Positions 18,301 through 29,305 of a DNA stretch of 64,000 bases are shown piece by piece. Both the position numbers and the translations under genes were made by a program. A model generated the notes under the pieces. The model saw only the letters and a list, made by a program, of their open reading frames with translations. It was not told the DNA's origin and ran no database searches. Each line of letters begins with the position of its first letter. Position 1 is the first letter of the stretch. The DNA is taken from contig JBBDKV010000017.1 in assembly GCA_040879165.1 (NCBI GenBank), positions 23,739-87,738 on the forward strand, read 5' to 3'. Source of the DNA: Patescibacteria group bacterium. GTDB taxonomy: Bacteria; Patescibacteriota; Microgenomatia; UBA1400; PJMF01.

Positions 18301-18490
18301 GCATTGAGTATGTTAACCAGCGAGCTCTCTGCCAAATGTCTTGCTTACCTATTCAGACATACGCACATCTACCACACCAGTCCAAGTATTATAACTCAAG
18401 CAGCAGCAAAAAACTCCCACGCACTCGCTCAGCACTGACTTGGCAAATTTACCGCTAGTTAGAGTTTGCATATCTTAGTAAGATGAGTAC

Positions 18491-19747
18491 ATGAAGATAT
18501 CCTATGTCACTGCTCACGAAATTCTTGATTCTAATGGTCGTCCTACGATTGAGGTAGAGGTTGGCCTGGATGATGGCACGACGGCGCTGGGGCAAGTTCC
18601 CTCAGGTGCTTCCACTGGCTCAAAGGAAGCTATCGAGCTGCGCGATCACGATGATAAGCGATACTTTGGTAAAGGGGTGCTCAAAGCAGTAGAGAATGTT
18701 GAAACACATATCTCACAAGCACTTGAAGGTCAGGATGCGAACGATCAGGCAGCAATTGACCAAATTCTGCTCGACCTAGATGGCACTGACAATAAAAGTC
18801 GCCTTGGTGCAAATGCCATGGTCGGTACTTCTATGGCCGTCTGTCGCGCTGCCGCACTCAGTACAAAAAACCCTCTCTATCAGTATCTTGGAGAAATTAC
18901 TGGCAACCAAACATTCTCCATGCCCGCACCGATGATCCTACTCATGGAAGGTGGCAAGCACGGCAACTGGGCGACTGATATCCAAGAATTTTGTGTGTTT
19001 CCGTTAACTGGGGCTTTTGCTTCTTTTCGTGAAACACTGCGTGCTGGTGCAGAAATTTTTCACACGCTTGGGCAAATTTTGGCCAACAAAAACTATGACG
19101 TGGGCGTTGGTTTTGAGGGAGCGTATGCTCCCAAACAACTTAGCTCAAATGCCGAGGCTTTTGACATCATAATGTCAGCCGTTGAGCAGAGTGGCTATAC
19201 GATGGGGCGACATTTTGTTTTTGCAATTGACATCGCAGCCAGCGAATTTTTCCATGATGGTACATATATTTTAGCAAGCGAGGATAATAAAGAAATGACT
19301 CCTGATGCCTGGGAGCGACAGGTGCTTGACTGGGCAAACCAGTATCCTATTTGGTCAATAGAGGATCCATTTGATGAGCAGGACTGGGCACATTGGTCCC
19401 ACTTTAATCAAACATTGAACAACACCAAGCAAGTGGTGGGTGATGATCTCGTCGTAACAAACGTAGCATTAATTCAGCAAGCCATTGAACAAAAAGCCAT
19501 GAACGCCACACTAATCAAGCTTAATCAAATTGGCACAGTTACAGAGACTTTGGCGGCTATCACACTTTCACAAAAAGCCGGATTTAATTCAGTAATTTCT
19601 CACCGCAGTGGCGAAACCAATGACAATTTTATTGCTGACTTGGCAGTTGGCACAGTGGCAAATCAATGCAAATTTGGCGGGCCTGATCGGGGAGAGCGGT
19701 TGGCAAAGTACAATCGGTTATTAAGAATTGAAAATGAGTTGAGGTAA
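18491..19747 (+). CDS. eno: Enolase
   Basis: DSNGRPTIEV, VPSGASTG, GDDLVVTN, SHRSGET, ERLAKYNRLLRIE. Confidence 0.97.
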   Translation: MKISYVTAHEILDSNGRPTIEVEVGLDDGTTALGQVPSGASTGSKEAIELRDHDDKRYFGKGVLKAVENVETHISQALEGQDANDQAAIDQILLDLDGTDNKSRLGANAMVGTSMAVCRAAALSTKNPLYQYLGEITGNQTFSMPAPMILLMEGGKHGNWATDIQEFCVFPLTGAFASFRETLRAGAEIFHTLGQILANKNYDVGVGFEGAYAPKQLSSNAEAFDIIMSAVEQSGYTMGRHFVFAIDIAASEFFHDGTYILASEDNKEMTPDAWERQVLDWANQYPIWSIEDPFDEQDWAHWSHFNQTLNNTKQVVGDDLVVTNVALIQQAIEQKAMNATLIKLNQIGTVTETLAAITLSQKAGFNSVISHRSGETNDNFIADLAVGTVANQCKFGGPDRGERLAKYNRLLRIENELR

Positions 19748-19778
19748 TACAGCTATGAATGAAGCATATCCAAATCAA

Positions 19779-20342
19779 CTACCCCCGAGAAACATAACTA
19801 CAAGTCTGTGTATCAATGACGACTAAATCGCCTGTTTTCACAAAAATTGGCACGGCAATTTTCATACCAGTTTCAAGCTCTGCTTCTTTGCGAGCTTGAC
19901 CAACCGTATTGCCCGCCGCTGCCTCCTCGGCGTGCTTGACTTTCAAACTGACTTTAGGAGGTAATGAAACGCCTATGGCTTTATCTTGGTAGAGCAATAC
20001 ATACACCTTACTATCACTAGTCAATAACTGCACTTGCTTACCAATCAGACTAACGGGCACACTAATTTGATCAAAGTTTCGCGGATCCATGAAAGTTGCT
20101 TCTGTGTCATCAGCGTAGAGGAACTGCAACTCGCGACTTACAACCTCAACTTCTTCAATCGGCTCGGTGGACTTGAACGTATATTCCTGCGTCGAGCCAG
20201 TTTCCGCGCTTCTGATTTTCGCCCGCATAAATGCCGAGCCCTTGCCAGGACTGACAAACTCAGTTTTGGTAACTTGATGGGGCACATTTTTGTGTAGAAT
20301 GTACTTTCCCTTGCGAATATTGCCTGCTTTGATGGTGGACAT
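19779..20342 (-). CDS. efp: Elongation factor P
   Basis: PGKG loop, LQFLY, LETG..I.VP.FV..GD, YVSR. Confidence 0.95.
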   Translation of the reverse strand: MSTIKAGNIRKGKYILHKNVPHQVTKTEFVSPGKGSAFMRAKIRSAETGSTQEYTFKSTEPIEEVEVVSRELQFLYADDTEATFMDPRNFDQISVPVSLIGKQVQLLTSDSKVYVLLYQDKAIGVSLPPKVSLKVKHAEEAAAGNTVGQARKEAELETGMKIAVPIFVKTGDLVVIDTQTCSYVSRG

Positions 20343-20372
20343 AGAGGTGAATTATAGCACTTCGCTTAATTT

Positions 20373-21134
20373 TCAGGCACAGCCTGATGCATTCACGCTA
20401 GATAAAAACTGAGTAGTAGAGAAACCAGTTTGTCTGGGTAGTGAAATGTACTCGCAATTACAAGCTTCGGCCCGCTCAAACATCTTGTCCTGATCTCGCG
20501 AACTCATATCATTGTTGCCAAAATAATACGTTGGCTTCAGTTTTTTTAATAACGAGGTATACCCACTGTCAGAGTAGGGAACTTTAGAAATTCTCATTAC
20601 TAAACCATCAAAACCAGATGCAAGAACCCACTGCCACCGCAACCAATCCTTGGCGAAAGGCTGGACAGATTTAAATTTTTTTGTCCTCCAGCCATCTTCC
20701 ATACCCAGAACAAGAATGTCGCATCGTTCGCGCGCCATTATAACATTTGCCCAATTGGCAGGAGTAAGCAAGCGATAGTGTCCGTGTACAAACCCAACTG
20801 TTTTTTGACTCTGCACATAAGTTTCAATTTTGGCACCAACCTCTTGCGAATGATGCACATGAGATTTTACACCATCGCCTGGAACATGCCAGGGAATTAA
20901 GTCGTTAATCGGAATATTCCGAGCAATCTCTTGATCGCAGAGAGCTGTTGAAAGCATGCGATAATAATCAAAACTTGTTGTTAATGCAATAGCTGATAGA
21001 CCGGCACAAAAAACCGCTCCACTGCGTTGGTCTCCAAATTGCTCTAGATATATCGATGCCGCACTTTTGACTTGATCGTCATACTCAGTCTGCCATGCTG
21101 CTCTTAAATACGCAGTATTTTCTTTATTCAGCAT
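20373..21134 (-). CDS. Hypothetical protein with C-terminal cytidylyltransferase-like domain
   Basis: VGFVHGHYRLLTPAN (degenerate HIGH), DILVLG, LKPTYYFG.D, GFSTT. Confidence 0.6.
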   Translation of the reverse strand: MLNKENTAYLRAAWQTEYDDQVKSAASIYLEQFGDQRSGAVFCAGLSAIALTTSFDYYRMLSTALCDQEIARNIPINDLIPWHVPGDGVKSHVHHSQEVGAKIETYVQSQKTVGFVHGHYRLLTPANWANVIMARERCDILVLGMEDGWRTKKFKSVQPFAKDWLRWQWVLASGFDGLVMRISKVPYSDSGYTSLLKKLKPTYYFGNNDMSSRDQDKMFERAEACNCEYISLPRQTGFSTTQFLSSVNASGCA

Positions 21135-21153
21135 GTTTTTTCAAATTAATATA

Positions 21154-22182
21154 TTAAATTGAAATTTCAAAAATCTCCTCACCCGTATAACTCACTACCT
21201 CACTCATTTTTCCGGAATCTGTCAATACCATCACCAGTCGATCAATCCCTAAGGCAATTCCAGCAGTTGGAGGCAAGCCTTTTTTCAGTGCTGATATAAA
21301 CTGCTCGTCAACGTCCCATGCTGGCAGCCCCTCAGCTTTACGCGCTTTGAGTTGCGCTTTGAGCCGCTTTTCCTGCTCATCAGCGTCGGTCAGCTCAGAG
21401 AACGCGTTGGCAATTTCCAGATTTCCAATATACAGCTCAAAGCGCTCCGCCAACCGCGGGTCGTCGGGCTTCAATCGTGCAAGCGCTGCCTGACTAGCTG
21501 GGTAATCATACAAAAAGGTTGGTCTTGTTTTGCCCAGTTCTGGCTCGACTTCATTGAGCATAATTTGATAAAAAATGTCATCGTAACTGGTGGTATCTGT
21601 AATGCGGTAGCCTTTTTCTTCAGCTCGCGCTCGCAGCTTTTTGACATCAAAAAATTCATCTTCAGTAATCCCAGCGTATCGCTCAAATGCCTCCAGCACA
21701 CTCAGTCGTTCCCACGGCGTACTCATGTCAAGAGTCAGGTCTTGATACCGCAACTTCTTGCCATGCTTGGAATCTACTGCCTGCCAGGCTTCCAGCACCA
21801 ACTTCTCACAGTCCACCATGAGGCCACGATAATCTGCCTCAGGTCGATACCACTCCATAATTGTAAACTCGGGATTGTGCAATCGTGTCACTGGCTCACA
21901 GTTACGAAAACTTTTACAAATCTGGAAAATTGGTCCACTGCCTGCAGCAAGCAGTTTTTTCATTTGAAACTCAGGACTAGGAGCTAAATACCCAACTTTC
22001 TCAAGCTCACCCAGCTGCCAGGTGGTTTCAAACAATAAAATACTCGGTTCGGGATCAGGATTAGCCAAAAAGAGCGGCGTATCCACTTCAAGAAAATCCT
22101 GCTGAATAAAAAACCAGCGGATTGATTGGATAATCTGCGCTCGCTTACGCAGTGTATTTATTTTGGGTGTATATTGAGTCAT
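21154..22182 (-). CDS. epmA: EF-P lysine aminoacylase EpmA/GenX
   Basis: LysRS catalytic domain only: SPEFQMKKLLAAG, FRN.E...HNPEFTIMEWY, ERFELY, GIALGIDRL; near efp. Confidence 0.92.
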   Translation of the reverse strand: MTQYTPKINTLRKRAQIIQSIRWFFIQQDFLEVDTPLFLANPDPEPSILLFETTWQLGELEKVGYLAPSPEFQMKKLLAAGSGPIFQICKSFRNCEPVTRLHNPEFTIMEWYRPEADYRGLMVDCEKLVLEAWQAVDSKHGKKLRYQDLTLDMSTPWERLSVLEAFERYAGITEDEFFDVKKLRARAEEKGYRITDTTSYDDIFYQIMLNEVEPELGKTRPTFLYDYPASQAALARLKPDDPRLAERFELYIGNLEIANAFSELTDADEQEKRLKAQLKARKAEGLPAWDVDEQFISALKKGLPPTAGIALGIDRLVMVLTDSGKMSEVVSYTGEEIFEISI

Positions 22183-22418
22183 GGGAAGTTGAACTCATTA
22201 CGAAACTTAAACTACTATTAATTTTGAATATATTTGATGCATTTTAGCAGTTTTTGGACGACGATAGTACCCCCATGAATACTTGCCACGCAGATGCTCA
22301 GCTTGGCGGGCGTAGCCACAGCTACTTGAGGAGGACAAAAATGCTATAAATGTTCAAATAGATTTGAAAGAAATGTGGTTTAAGTTTTGTAATGAGTTCA
22401 GTATATAATGCCAGAATC

Positions 22419-23129
22419 ATGACAGCACAGCCTACAATTAAACTGCAAGCCTATATTGCCCAACATGGCGTTACTTCACGCCGAAAAGCTGAAGAGCTAA
22501 TCGAAGCTGGCAAGGTCGTGGTCAATGGAGAGCGTGCCCATATTGGCCAGCGTATTGATCCAAATACAGCGGTGGTTTTGGTCGCAGGGGAACGGATCGG
22601 CAAGCCCATCAATGCCAAATACTTTCTTATTTACAAACCACGTGGCGTCATCTCCACCACTAGTGATGAGCTTGGGCGGCGCACAGTCTTAAGCCTCATC
22701 CCGCCGCAAGATGAGCGACTATATCCTGTTGGACGACTTGACCGTGACAGCGAAGGTCTGATGCTACTCACCAATGACGGTGATCTGGCACATAAGTACA
22801 CACACCCCTCCTTTGGAGTTGAAAAAACGTATCGGGTTACACCTGATAGACGCCTCAGTCGTGATGCCTATGAGCACTTGGAGCGCGGTGTCAAACTCAA
22901 AGATGGTTGGGCAAAACCAACCGCACTTGCTGAGCTACACAACGATGATTCTGGAGAGCTTGAGATAACCATGACTGAGGGGCGCAACCAAGAAATTCGC
23001 CGCATGCTCAGAAGGGTGGGGTATGAGGTTGCGCGACTCATCCGCGTCAGGTTGGGAGATTTTCACTTGTCAGATCTCAATGGTGCTGACTGGATCGAGC
23101 TGCAATCAAATGACGTGTCGAGTAATTAA
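22419..23129 (+). CDS. rluB: RluB/RsuA-family pseudouridine synthase
   Basis: S4 domain SRRKAEELI, catalytic VGRLDRDSEGL, EGRNQEIRRM. Confidence 0.88.
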   Translation: MTAQPTIKLQAYIAQHGVTSRRKAEELIEAGKVVVNGERAHIGQRIDPNTAVVLVAGERIGKPINAKYFLIYKPRGVISTTSDELGRRTVLSLIPPQDERLYPVGRLDRDSEGLMLLTNDGDLAHKYTHPSFGVEKTYRVTPDRRLSRDAYEHLERGVKLKDGWAKPTALAELHNDDSGELEITMTEGRNQEIRRMLRRVGYEVARLIRVRLGDFHLSDLNGADWIELQSNDVSSN

Positions 23130-23138
23130 ATCAGAGTG

Positions 23139-24059
23139 TTAGTGTTTCTTTTTGAAAATAGAATTAGGTGTAATTGTGAGCACGTTGCGATGACTGACAA
23201 TTCCTTCTGCACCCAACAGCTGGAGCACATTTTTGCGTATCTGATGTTTCAATACCCAAGCATCCTGCGGAGAACTGGCCCAACCCGCCACCCAACACTT
23301 AACTGCTTCTTTCTCAATGTCCATGATCCAAAATTGTGGTTCTTCAACTTCCCAAAGCAGTGAACACTCCTGCACTGCCTGCTTGGCCAATCGCTCTACA
23401 ACATCAAAGTCTGCTTCTGGAATTGTCCAAAATTCTACATACGCCCAAATATTGGAATCGGTGAGCGTGTAATTCACGCACTCCTTAGTCAACATTAGCG
23501 AGTTGGGAATCACATACCGCCGCCAGTCCCAAATTTTAATTGTGGTGTGCGTACTACTGATGTCCTCGATCGTGCCATACTCATCATCGATCATCACCGT
23601 ATCTCCGGTGCGAAACTGACGAGATAGAGTCATCACTATTCCTGCAAAGACATTTTCTATGACAGGCTTGGCAGCGATTCCAATCATCACTGTTGCAACT
23701 GTTGCAATGATGGAAATAAACTGGGTGGGCAAGCTATTCCAATGAGGCAGTAATGTAAGAATAATTGCTACAATCACTAAAAATGAAATTGCTGATACCC
23801 GGATGACGCTAAAACGTTGGGCAATACCTTTTTTACCAGATTTAAGCGTCGATTCCTCAGTAATTTGAGTCAGATCAGTCTTGACAGCTTCTCCTGGCGA
23901 ACCTTCTTTAACTCGAGCGATTCTTTTTTTCTCGGAGTTATGAATAAAGCGCTTGAGCAGCAAGTACCCAAGAAAAAGGCTTCCCCAAACTACAATCACG
24001 TATAAGGTATATATTGGAAATGAGGAGAGAGCATTTGTAATATTTTGCAAAATGAACAT
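23139..24059 (-). CDS. mscS: MscS-family mechanosensitive channel
   Basis: TM helices, GIAAKPVIENVFAG, FRTGDTV...G.IEDI, IPNS. Confidence 0.88.
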   Translation of the reverse strand: MFILQNITNALSSFPIYTLYVIVVWGSLFLGYLLLKRFIHNSEKKRIARVKEGSPGEAVKTDLTQITEESTLKSGKKGIAQRFSVIRVSAISFLVIVAIILTLLPHWNSLPTQFISIIATVATVMIGIAAKPVIENVFAGIVMTLSRQFRTGDTVMIDDEYGTIEDISSTHTTIKIWDWRRYVIPNSLMLTKECVNYTLTDSNIWAYVEFWTIPEADFDVVERLAKQAVQECSLLWEVEEPQFWIMDIEKEAVKCWVAGWASSPQDAWVLKHQIRKNVLQLLGAEGIVSHRNVLTITPNSIFKKKH

Positions 24060-24115
24060 TGACTAGATAGTATAATCCCTACTCAGACATATACGCTACA
24101 ATCAATTATCAAGCT

Positions 24116-25762
24116 ATGACCCAAGAACAAGCACTAACCATTCTCAAAACTGGTGCCAATGTCTTTCTGACAGGTGAGCCTGGTAGTGGAAAAACGCACA
24201 CAGTGCTCGAGTATATTCAGTACTTACACCAACACGACTTGCGCGTAGCAGTCACTGCATCCACCGGCATTGCCGCCACACATTTAGCTGGCATGACCAT
24301 ACATTCTTGGAGTGGCATAGGCGTACGCAAATCCCTCACACTACGAGATAAAGTATTGCTACAAGAGAAAACACCACTGGTCACTCGAGCGCAAAAAACC
24401 AATGTTCTCATTATTGACGAAATATCTATGCTTGATGCCAGTGTGCTCAACACCGTGGACGAAGCACTACAAACTCTGCGTGATTCTGATGAACCCTTTG
24501 GTGGTCTACAGGTTATTTTTGTGGGCGACTTTTTTCAATTGCCCCCTGTGTCTCGCGATGAAGTAGTTGAGTTCGCCTACACAGCAACTTCCTGGAAAGC
24601 TGTTCAACCAGTCATTTGCTATCTGACTGAACAACATCGACACGAAGACTCGCAACTAGCTGACTTTCTGCGCGCCATTCGTAGTGGTCAGGAATATCTG
24701 GATGAACACTCCTTGCTCCATAGCCGAAGAATGGAGTTTGATATGTCAGAAACCATCACCCGCCTGTATTCCCACAATGCCGATGTTGATGGCGTTAACT
24801 CTGCCAAATTAGAAGCGATTGAAGAAGAACGTAAAGAGTTTACAATGACGAGCAAGGGACGAAAAAACATGATAGAACAGCTGCAAAAAGGCTGCCTCTC
24901 TCCCGCACTTTTGTCACTAAAAGTGGGTGCGCAAGTGATGTTCACCAAAAATAATTATGAATCAGGCTTCGTCAACGGTACTTTGGGAGAAGTAGTTGGT
25001 TTTAACGCCGAAGACCTCCCAATAATCAAAACCAAACAAGGTCAGCACATCACTGCAGAACCAATGGAGTGGCAGATTGAAGATAATGGCAAAGTACTGG
25101 CAAGCATTACCCAACTTCCTCTCAGACTTGCCTGGGCAATTACTGTACATAAGAGTCAAGGCATGACGCTAGATGCCGCAATCATCGATCTTTCCCGAGC
25201 CTTTGAATACGGACAGGGCTACGTTGCGCTCTCGCGCGTCCGATCAAGTGAGGGTTTGTACGTCATAGGATTTAATGAGCGATCGCTCCAAGTTCACCCA
25301 GATATCATCCAAGCAGATCAGAATTTTCAACAACTCTCTGAAAAGGCTGAGGATCGACTCAATGCCTATTCTGAGGATGCGCTCGTAAAAAAGCATCGCA
25401 ATTTTATTCTCAATCACGGCGGCTCACTCAAAAAAATTGCCATATCAGATAAAAAATCTGCGATAACCACTGTGGACAAAACCCTCGCATTATTTAATCA
25501 GGGTAAAAGCATTGCAGAGATCGCATCCGAGCGGGGCTTAAAAGAAAATACCATCATCAGTCATCTTGAAGAGTTAGTGTTTGGCGCCCAGCTGGAAAAA
25601 GAAAAAATCTTAGCTGAGATTCCATCTAAACTAGCCAAAAAACTACCGCGCATTCACAAAGTCCTGGCCAAGATGGAAGACAACCGGCTCGGACCAGTTT
25701 ATTATGCGCTCAAGGGGAAGTTTAGTTACGAGGAATTGCGGTTGGCAAGGATGGTGCGGTAG
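24116..25762 (+). CDS. PIF1-family helicase with C-terminal HTH
   Basis: GEPGSGKT, IIDEISM, GDFFQLPPV, AWAITVHKSQG, YVALSR. Confidence 0.92.
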   Translation: MTQEQALTILKTGANVFLTGEPGSGKTHTVLEYIQYLHQHDLRVAVTASTGIAATHLAGMTIHSWSGIGVRKSLTLRDKVLLQEKTPLVTRAQKTNVLIIDEISMLDASVLNTVDEALQTLRDSDEPFGGLQVIFVGDFFQLPPVSRDEVVEFAYTATSWKAVQPVICYLTEQHRHEDSQLADFLRAIRSGQEYLDEHSLLHSRRMEFDMSETITRLYSHNADVDGVNSAKLEAIEEERKEFTMTSKGRKNMIEQLQKGCLSPALLSLKVGAQVMFTKNNYESGFVNGTLGEVVGFNAEDLPIIKTKQGQHITAEPMEWQIEDNGKVLASITQLPLRLAWAITVHKSQGMTLDAAIIDLSRAFEYGQGYVALSRVRSSEGLYVIGFNERSLQVHPDIIQADQNFQQLSEKAEDRLNAYSEDALVKKHRNFILNHGGSLKKIAISDKKSAITTVDKTLALFNQGKSIAEIASERGLKENTIISHLEELVFGAQLEKEKILAEIPSKLAKKLPRIHKVLAKMEDNRLGPVYYALKGKFSYEELRLARMVR

Positions 25763-25776
25763 AACAGACTTCCTTT

Positions 25777-26334
25777 CTATTCAGCTGTTTTCACCCCTTC
25801 TTTTCCTACCTGAATAATCTGCGTTAGCTCAATCAACTCATCCACCATCCGCTCAGCCCGCTCCAACACTTTCTCATCCTTTAGCTGCCCAGCATCATCA
25901 AACAACTCTTTAACAAAGGGAAAATGCAGATTTTTGCCCGAGACAATCATGCCAAAATTACTCAAAATAGGAAGCAGTGACTCCACCGCCCGCACACCAC
26001 CAAACTGACCGCTTGAAACGCTGGCTACGAGAACCGGCTTGTGTTTATAGGTAGCAAATTCTGTATCAAGGAGCGTCTTGAATTTACCTGGAAAACCATG
26101 ATTGTACTCGGGAAAAACGAGTACAAATGCATCAGCAGCCGTTGTTATGGCATGAAATTCTGGTATCTGTTGTTTTTCATCATACTCAATCTCAAAATCT
26201 CTCACATCAACCGAAACTGGAGACACGTTCGGATTTTTCTCAAGAATTGATTGCAGCAGTGCAGCTACTTTGGCGGATTGACGCTCAGGTCGCGAGGCGC
26301 CAAGGATAATTGGGATGTTGAGTGGAGTGGGCAT
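25777..26334 (-). CDS. NADPH-dependent FMN reductase
   Basis: ILGASR, PEYNHGFPG.FK..LD, S.GQFGG.RA. Confidence 0.9.
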   Translation of the reverse strand: MPTPLNIPIILGASRPERQSAKVAALLQSILEKNPNVSPVSVDVRDFEIEYDEKQQIPEFHAITTAADAFVLVFPEYNHGFPGKFKTLLDTEFATYKHKPVLVASVSSGQFGGVRAVESLLPILSNFGMIVSGKNLHFPFVKELFDDAGQLKDEKVLERAERMVDELIELTQIIQVGKEGVKTAE

Positions 26335-26424
26335 GATAGATCGCTTTCTATTATGGTATTATACCAGCTACTTACTCGTGTTTTGTGAATCTTATTTGTA
26401 GGGATTGATTATAAGGAAGAAAAG

Positions 26425-28128
26425 ATGTTCGAAACATTTGGATTATACGGCAGCATCTCAATTATTGTCATTTTCTACATTCTTCCCTTTATACTTGCCG
26501 TACTCTTGCCTGCATGGCTGTTACCTCAACTAGTAGCTCGTTTCATTAATCGCCAAAAACTCCCCATTCCGTCACTTTTGCTATTTACTGTGAGTTTAGT
26601 GGTGCTTGCAATATTCGCAAACCTGTTCTGGGAATTTGCTCTCTTTAATAGAATTTATCACGAGTGGGATCGCACATTTTTGCCCTACACTTTTTTCTGG
26701 CATGAATCACCTAGCCTGTATGGATCAAGTTGGATTGCAACTCACTGGAAACAATGGCATCTTTATGCAATATGGCTTGTTCTGACTGAACTCATTTACA
26801 TAAGCGCTGCTTTTTTAGCGTATTTTAAAAGAAGTGGAGTGGAGAACACAAAGCTGTTTCGCAAGATTCTTGTAGCTTCGGTTATTGCACTCACTATTCT
26901 TTCAATTGTAATACCACAATTTATTTTTGCTGGAATGAAGTATTTATTTTCCGATACATACAATATTGACTACAAGCAGGTAGACGTTGCCTGTACGCCA
27001 TCAGCTAGTACCGAACCAAAAATTATCTACACCGGGACTCAAAATGAGTGGATTTCTGACATATCGGGTCAAAACTTACAACAAGCCTTCAAAAAGAATC
27101 TGCAATTAAACAGATCTCAGGACGTGCTCTCTCCCGATGGAACCATGGCTGTTATCATTTGGGAGAAAGATCTATGGATTCATTGTGTGCATAGTGACGG
27201 AGCATTTAAAATTGAGTTGCCAAAACCTGAGCAAGAAGTTGGTCACTATCAATCGGGAAGTTTTCCCTCATGGTCGCCAGATAGTCAGCAAATGGTGATA
27301 AATAACGCTGGTGATGTATTATTGGTCGATCTCACACATAAAACTACTGAAGTGCTCAAAGAAACAGTGGCAATTCGGGACAATAAGGTTGATATTACTG
27401 CCAAAGATCGCGATGTAATGATTCCTCCATTTGAATTTGGAGATGCTGATTGGAGCCCTAGCGGAACTATTTATTACACCTCATTTAATGGAGATGAAGT
27501 ACGTTTGCATGAATTGAATCCCAAAACAAATAAAAATGAGATTGTTCATCAAAGTCAAAACCTACTCGCCATTACTTCTGGGGATCCTACTGGCAACTGG
27601 CTACTGCTATCTGAACAGTCGTGGGCGACTCAGGGAGATATGAATAACTGGAAAAGTGAGAGCTACTTTTTCAACACTGCCTCAAAACAAGTGATTGAGA
27701 TTCCAGATGGAGACATATCTAATCCGGTTTGGTCACCATCTGGACAGTCTGTAGCGCAAAGCACCGGAAGTTGGATGCATTCACCCAAATTAGCAGCATT
27801 TCCAGCAACCATTTTGAATCTAGAAACACACCAGTCCACCTCCGTTACTGATATGGTTGGAATCGCTTTGGAAAATCAGAATATTAAAGTGGGAAACAAT
27901 ATTTTGGTTGTTGAAATCAAGGATTTCGTCGATGAGTCTAGAATTCTTTTGAAGATCGCCTTGCCAGGATCAGGAATTGATATTCCCCGACAGATTAATG
28001 CAATTCTAGATATGTCGACGAACGAACTCAGCATTCTGCAAGATTACCCCGCAGAGACATACGAGACTCACCAGAGCGATAGAAGCGATAGAGTTGTGCC
28101 ACTGAAGATCATAAATACTGCCTATTAA
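26425..28128 (+). CDS. Membrane protein with TolB-like beta-propeller
   Basis: N-terminal TM helices and repeated (L/W)SPDG/WSPS motifs. Confidence 0.75.
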   Translation: MFETFGLYGSISIIVIFYILPFILAVLLPAWLLPQLVARFINRQKLPIPSLLLFTVSLVVLAIFANLFWEFALFNRIYHEWDRTFLPYTFFWHESPSLYGSSWIATHWKQWHLYAIWLVLTELIYISAAFLAYFKRSGVENTKLFRKILVASVIALTILSIVIPQFIFAGMKYLFSDTYNIDYKQVDVACTPSASTEPKIIYTGTQNEWISDISGQNLQQAFKKNLQLNRSQDVLSPDGTMAVIIWEKDLWIHCVHSDGAFKIELPKPEQEVGHYQSGSFPSWSPDSQQMVINNAGDVLLVDLTHKTTEVLKETVAIRDNKVDITAKDRDVMIPPFEFGDADWSPSGTIYYTSFNGDEVRLHELNPKTNKNEIVHQSQNLLAITSGDPTGNWLLLSEQSWATQGDMNNWKSESYFFNTASKQVIEIPDGDISNPVWSPSGQSVAQSTGSWMHSPKLAAFPATILNLETHQSTSVTDMVGIALENQNIKVGNNILVVEIKDFVDESRILLKIALPGSGIDIPRQINAILDMSTNELSILQDYPAETYETHQSDRSDRVVPLKIINTAY

Positions 28129-28249
28129 CTGAAATAGTTTGCTAACAGAATTATTCAAGTAGATTTGTTAAAAAATAAAGTTGCGAAGAAATATAGTTTA
28201 CACAATAGCACTTTGAAGTGATAATCTTCGAACATAATACTTACTTACT

Positions 28250-29305
28250 TTAAAAATAATTATTCACCGCAAAATGATACTGATCTAAAAACAACCTTTT
28301 TAGATGATACATATTATTAGTTTCATAAAAAATTATGAGCGCTTGCTTATATTCGTTTTCATTTATGCTTCTATATGAAAGTGGAAAGTGGTCATATGCT
28401 AAAAGTACGGCATTTGAAAGCATTCTGGCTGTTCGTTTATTGCCATCAGCAAATGGTTGAATATAAGTCATTAGAGCAGAGACAATCAGAGCCTTTTCAA
28501 GAGGATGAGCTGTCTTATTGACCAAATTAATCATCTTCTTAACCGCCTCTTTTAGCTCCCAAGCATGTGACAATGGTTTGTATGTGGTGCCAGTTATCCC
28601 CACTGCCTGTTTTCTAATACCACTTGTTATTGGCAAGTTTTTGGTTAACACACCATGAAGTTCCAGTACGTCCTTGGTTTGAAGTTTCTTAAAGCTCGTT
28701 CGATGCTCAATGAGTGTTTTACATGCATCTTTGTGATTTAAAATCATGTCTGCTTCTTCTCTGCTTTTACCTTTTGCCTCAATGCCTTGTTTAATCAGGC
28801 TCTCTGTTTCAAGCAAGCTATAGGTATTTCCTTCAATTTTCGAAGATTTCCAAGAAAGCTCAATCACATAACGCTCTAGCTCTCTCTCAAGAATAGTGGG
28901 GTCAAGTTTTTTCGTAGATTTGTCAAAAGAACGAAATGTTTTGTCCAAAGCACTTTGCTCTGGACTTTCTAGTAATCCTGGAAGCAATTCGAAAACTCCA
29001 GCATCAAACACGGTTTTAGCTAGCTTTCTATTATCAGGCTCTATAGAAAAATATTGCTTGAGATCAACATATGCAAGAAGTGGGTGTGTCGAAGCTGTAT
29101 TATATGCTGTACTTGGACCACTACCAATAGAAATGATGAGTCCTTTTTTAACCAAGTATTTGAGATCTCTTGCGAGGGTGGCTTTGGAAGATTGAAAAGC
29201 CTCCGGTAGCCTGGCTGAAAGCCTTTCTCTAGAAATACTCTTGGTCTTGGCAATAGTATTTACTATTTCTTTCTGCCTAGTGTTCAGTTTTATCGTCTCA
29301 TTCAT
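28250..29305 (-). CDS. Fic family protein with N-terminal HTH
   Basis: SSKIEGN and QPFADGNKRTAR Fic motif (His replaced by Gln). Confidence 0.9.
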   Translation of the reverse strand: MNETIKLNTRQKEIVNTIAKTKSISRERLSARLPEAFQSSKATLARDLKYLVKKGLIISIGSGPSTAYNTASTHPLLAYVDLKQYFSIEPDNRKLAKTVFDAGVFELLPGLLESPEQSALDKTFRSFDKSTKKLDPTILERELERYVIELSWKSSKIEGNTYSLLETESLIKQGIEAKGKSREEADMILNHKDACKTLIEHRTSFKKLQTKDVLELHGVLTKNLPITSGIRKQAVGITGTTYKPLSHAWELKEAVKKMINLVNKTAHPLEKALIVSALMTYIQPFADGNKRTARMLSNAVLLAYDHFPLSYRSINENEYKQALIIFYETNNMYHLKRLFLDQYHFAVNNYF

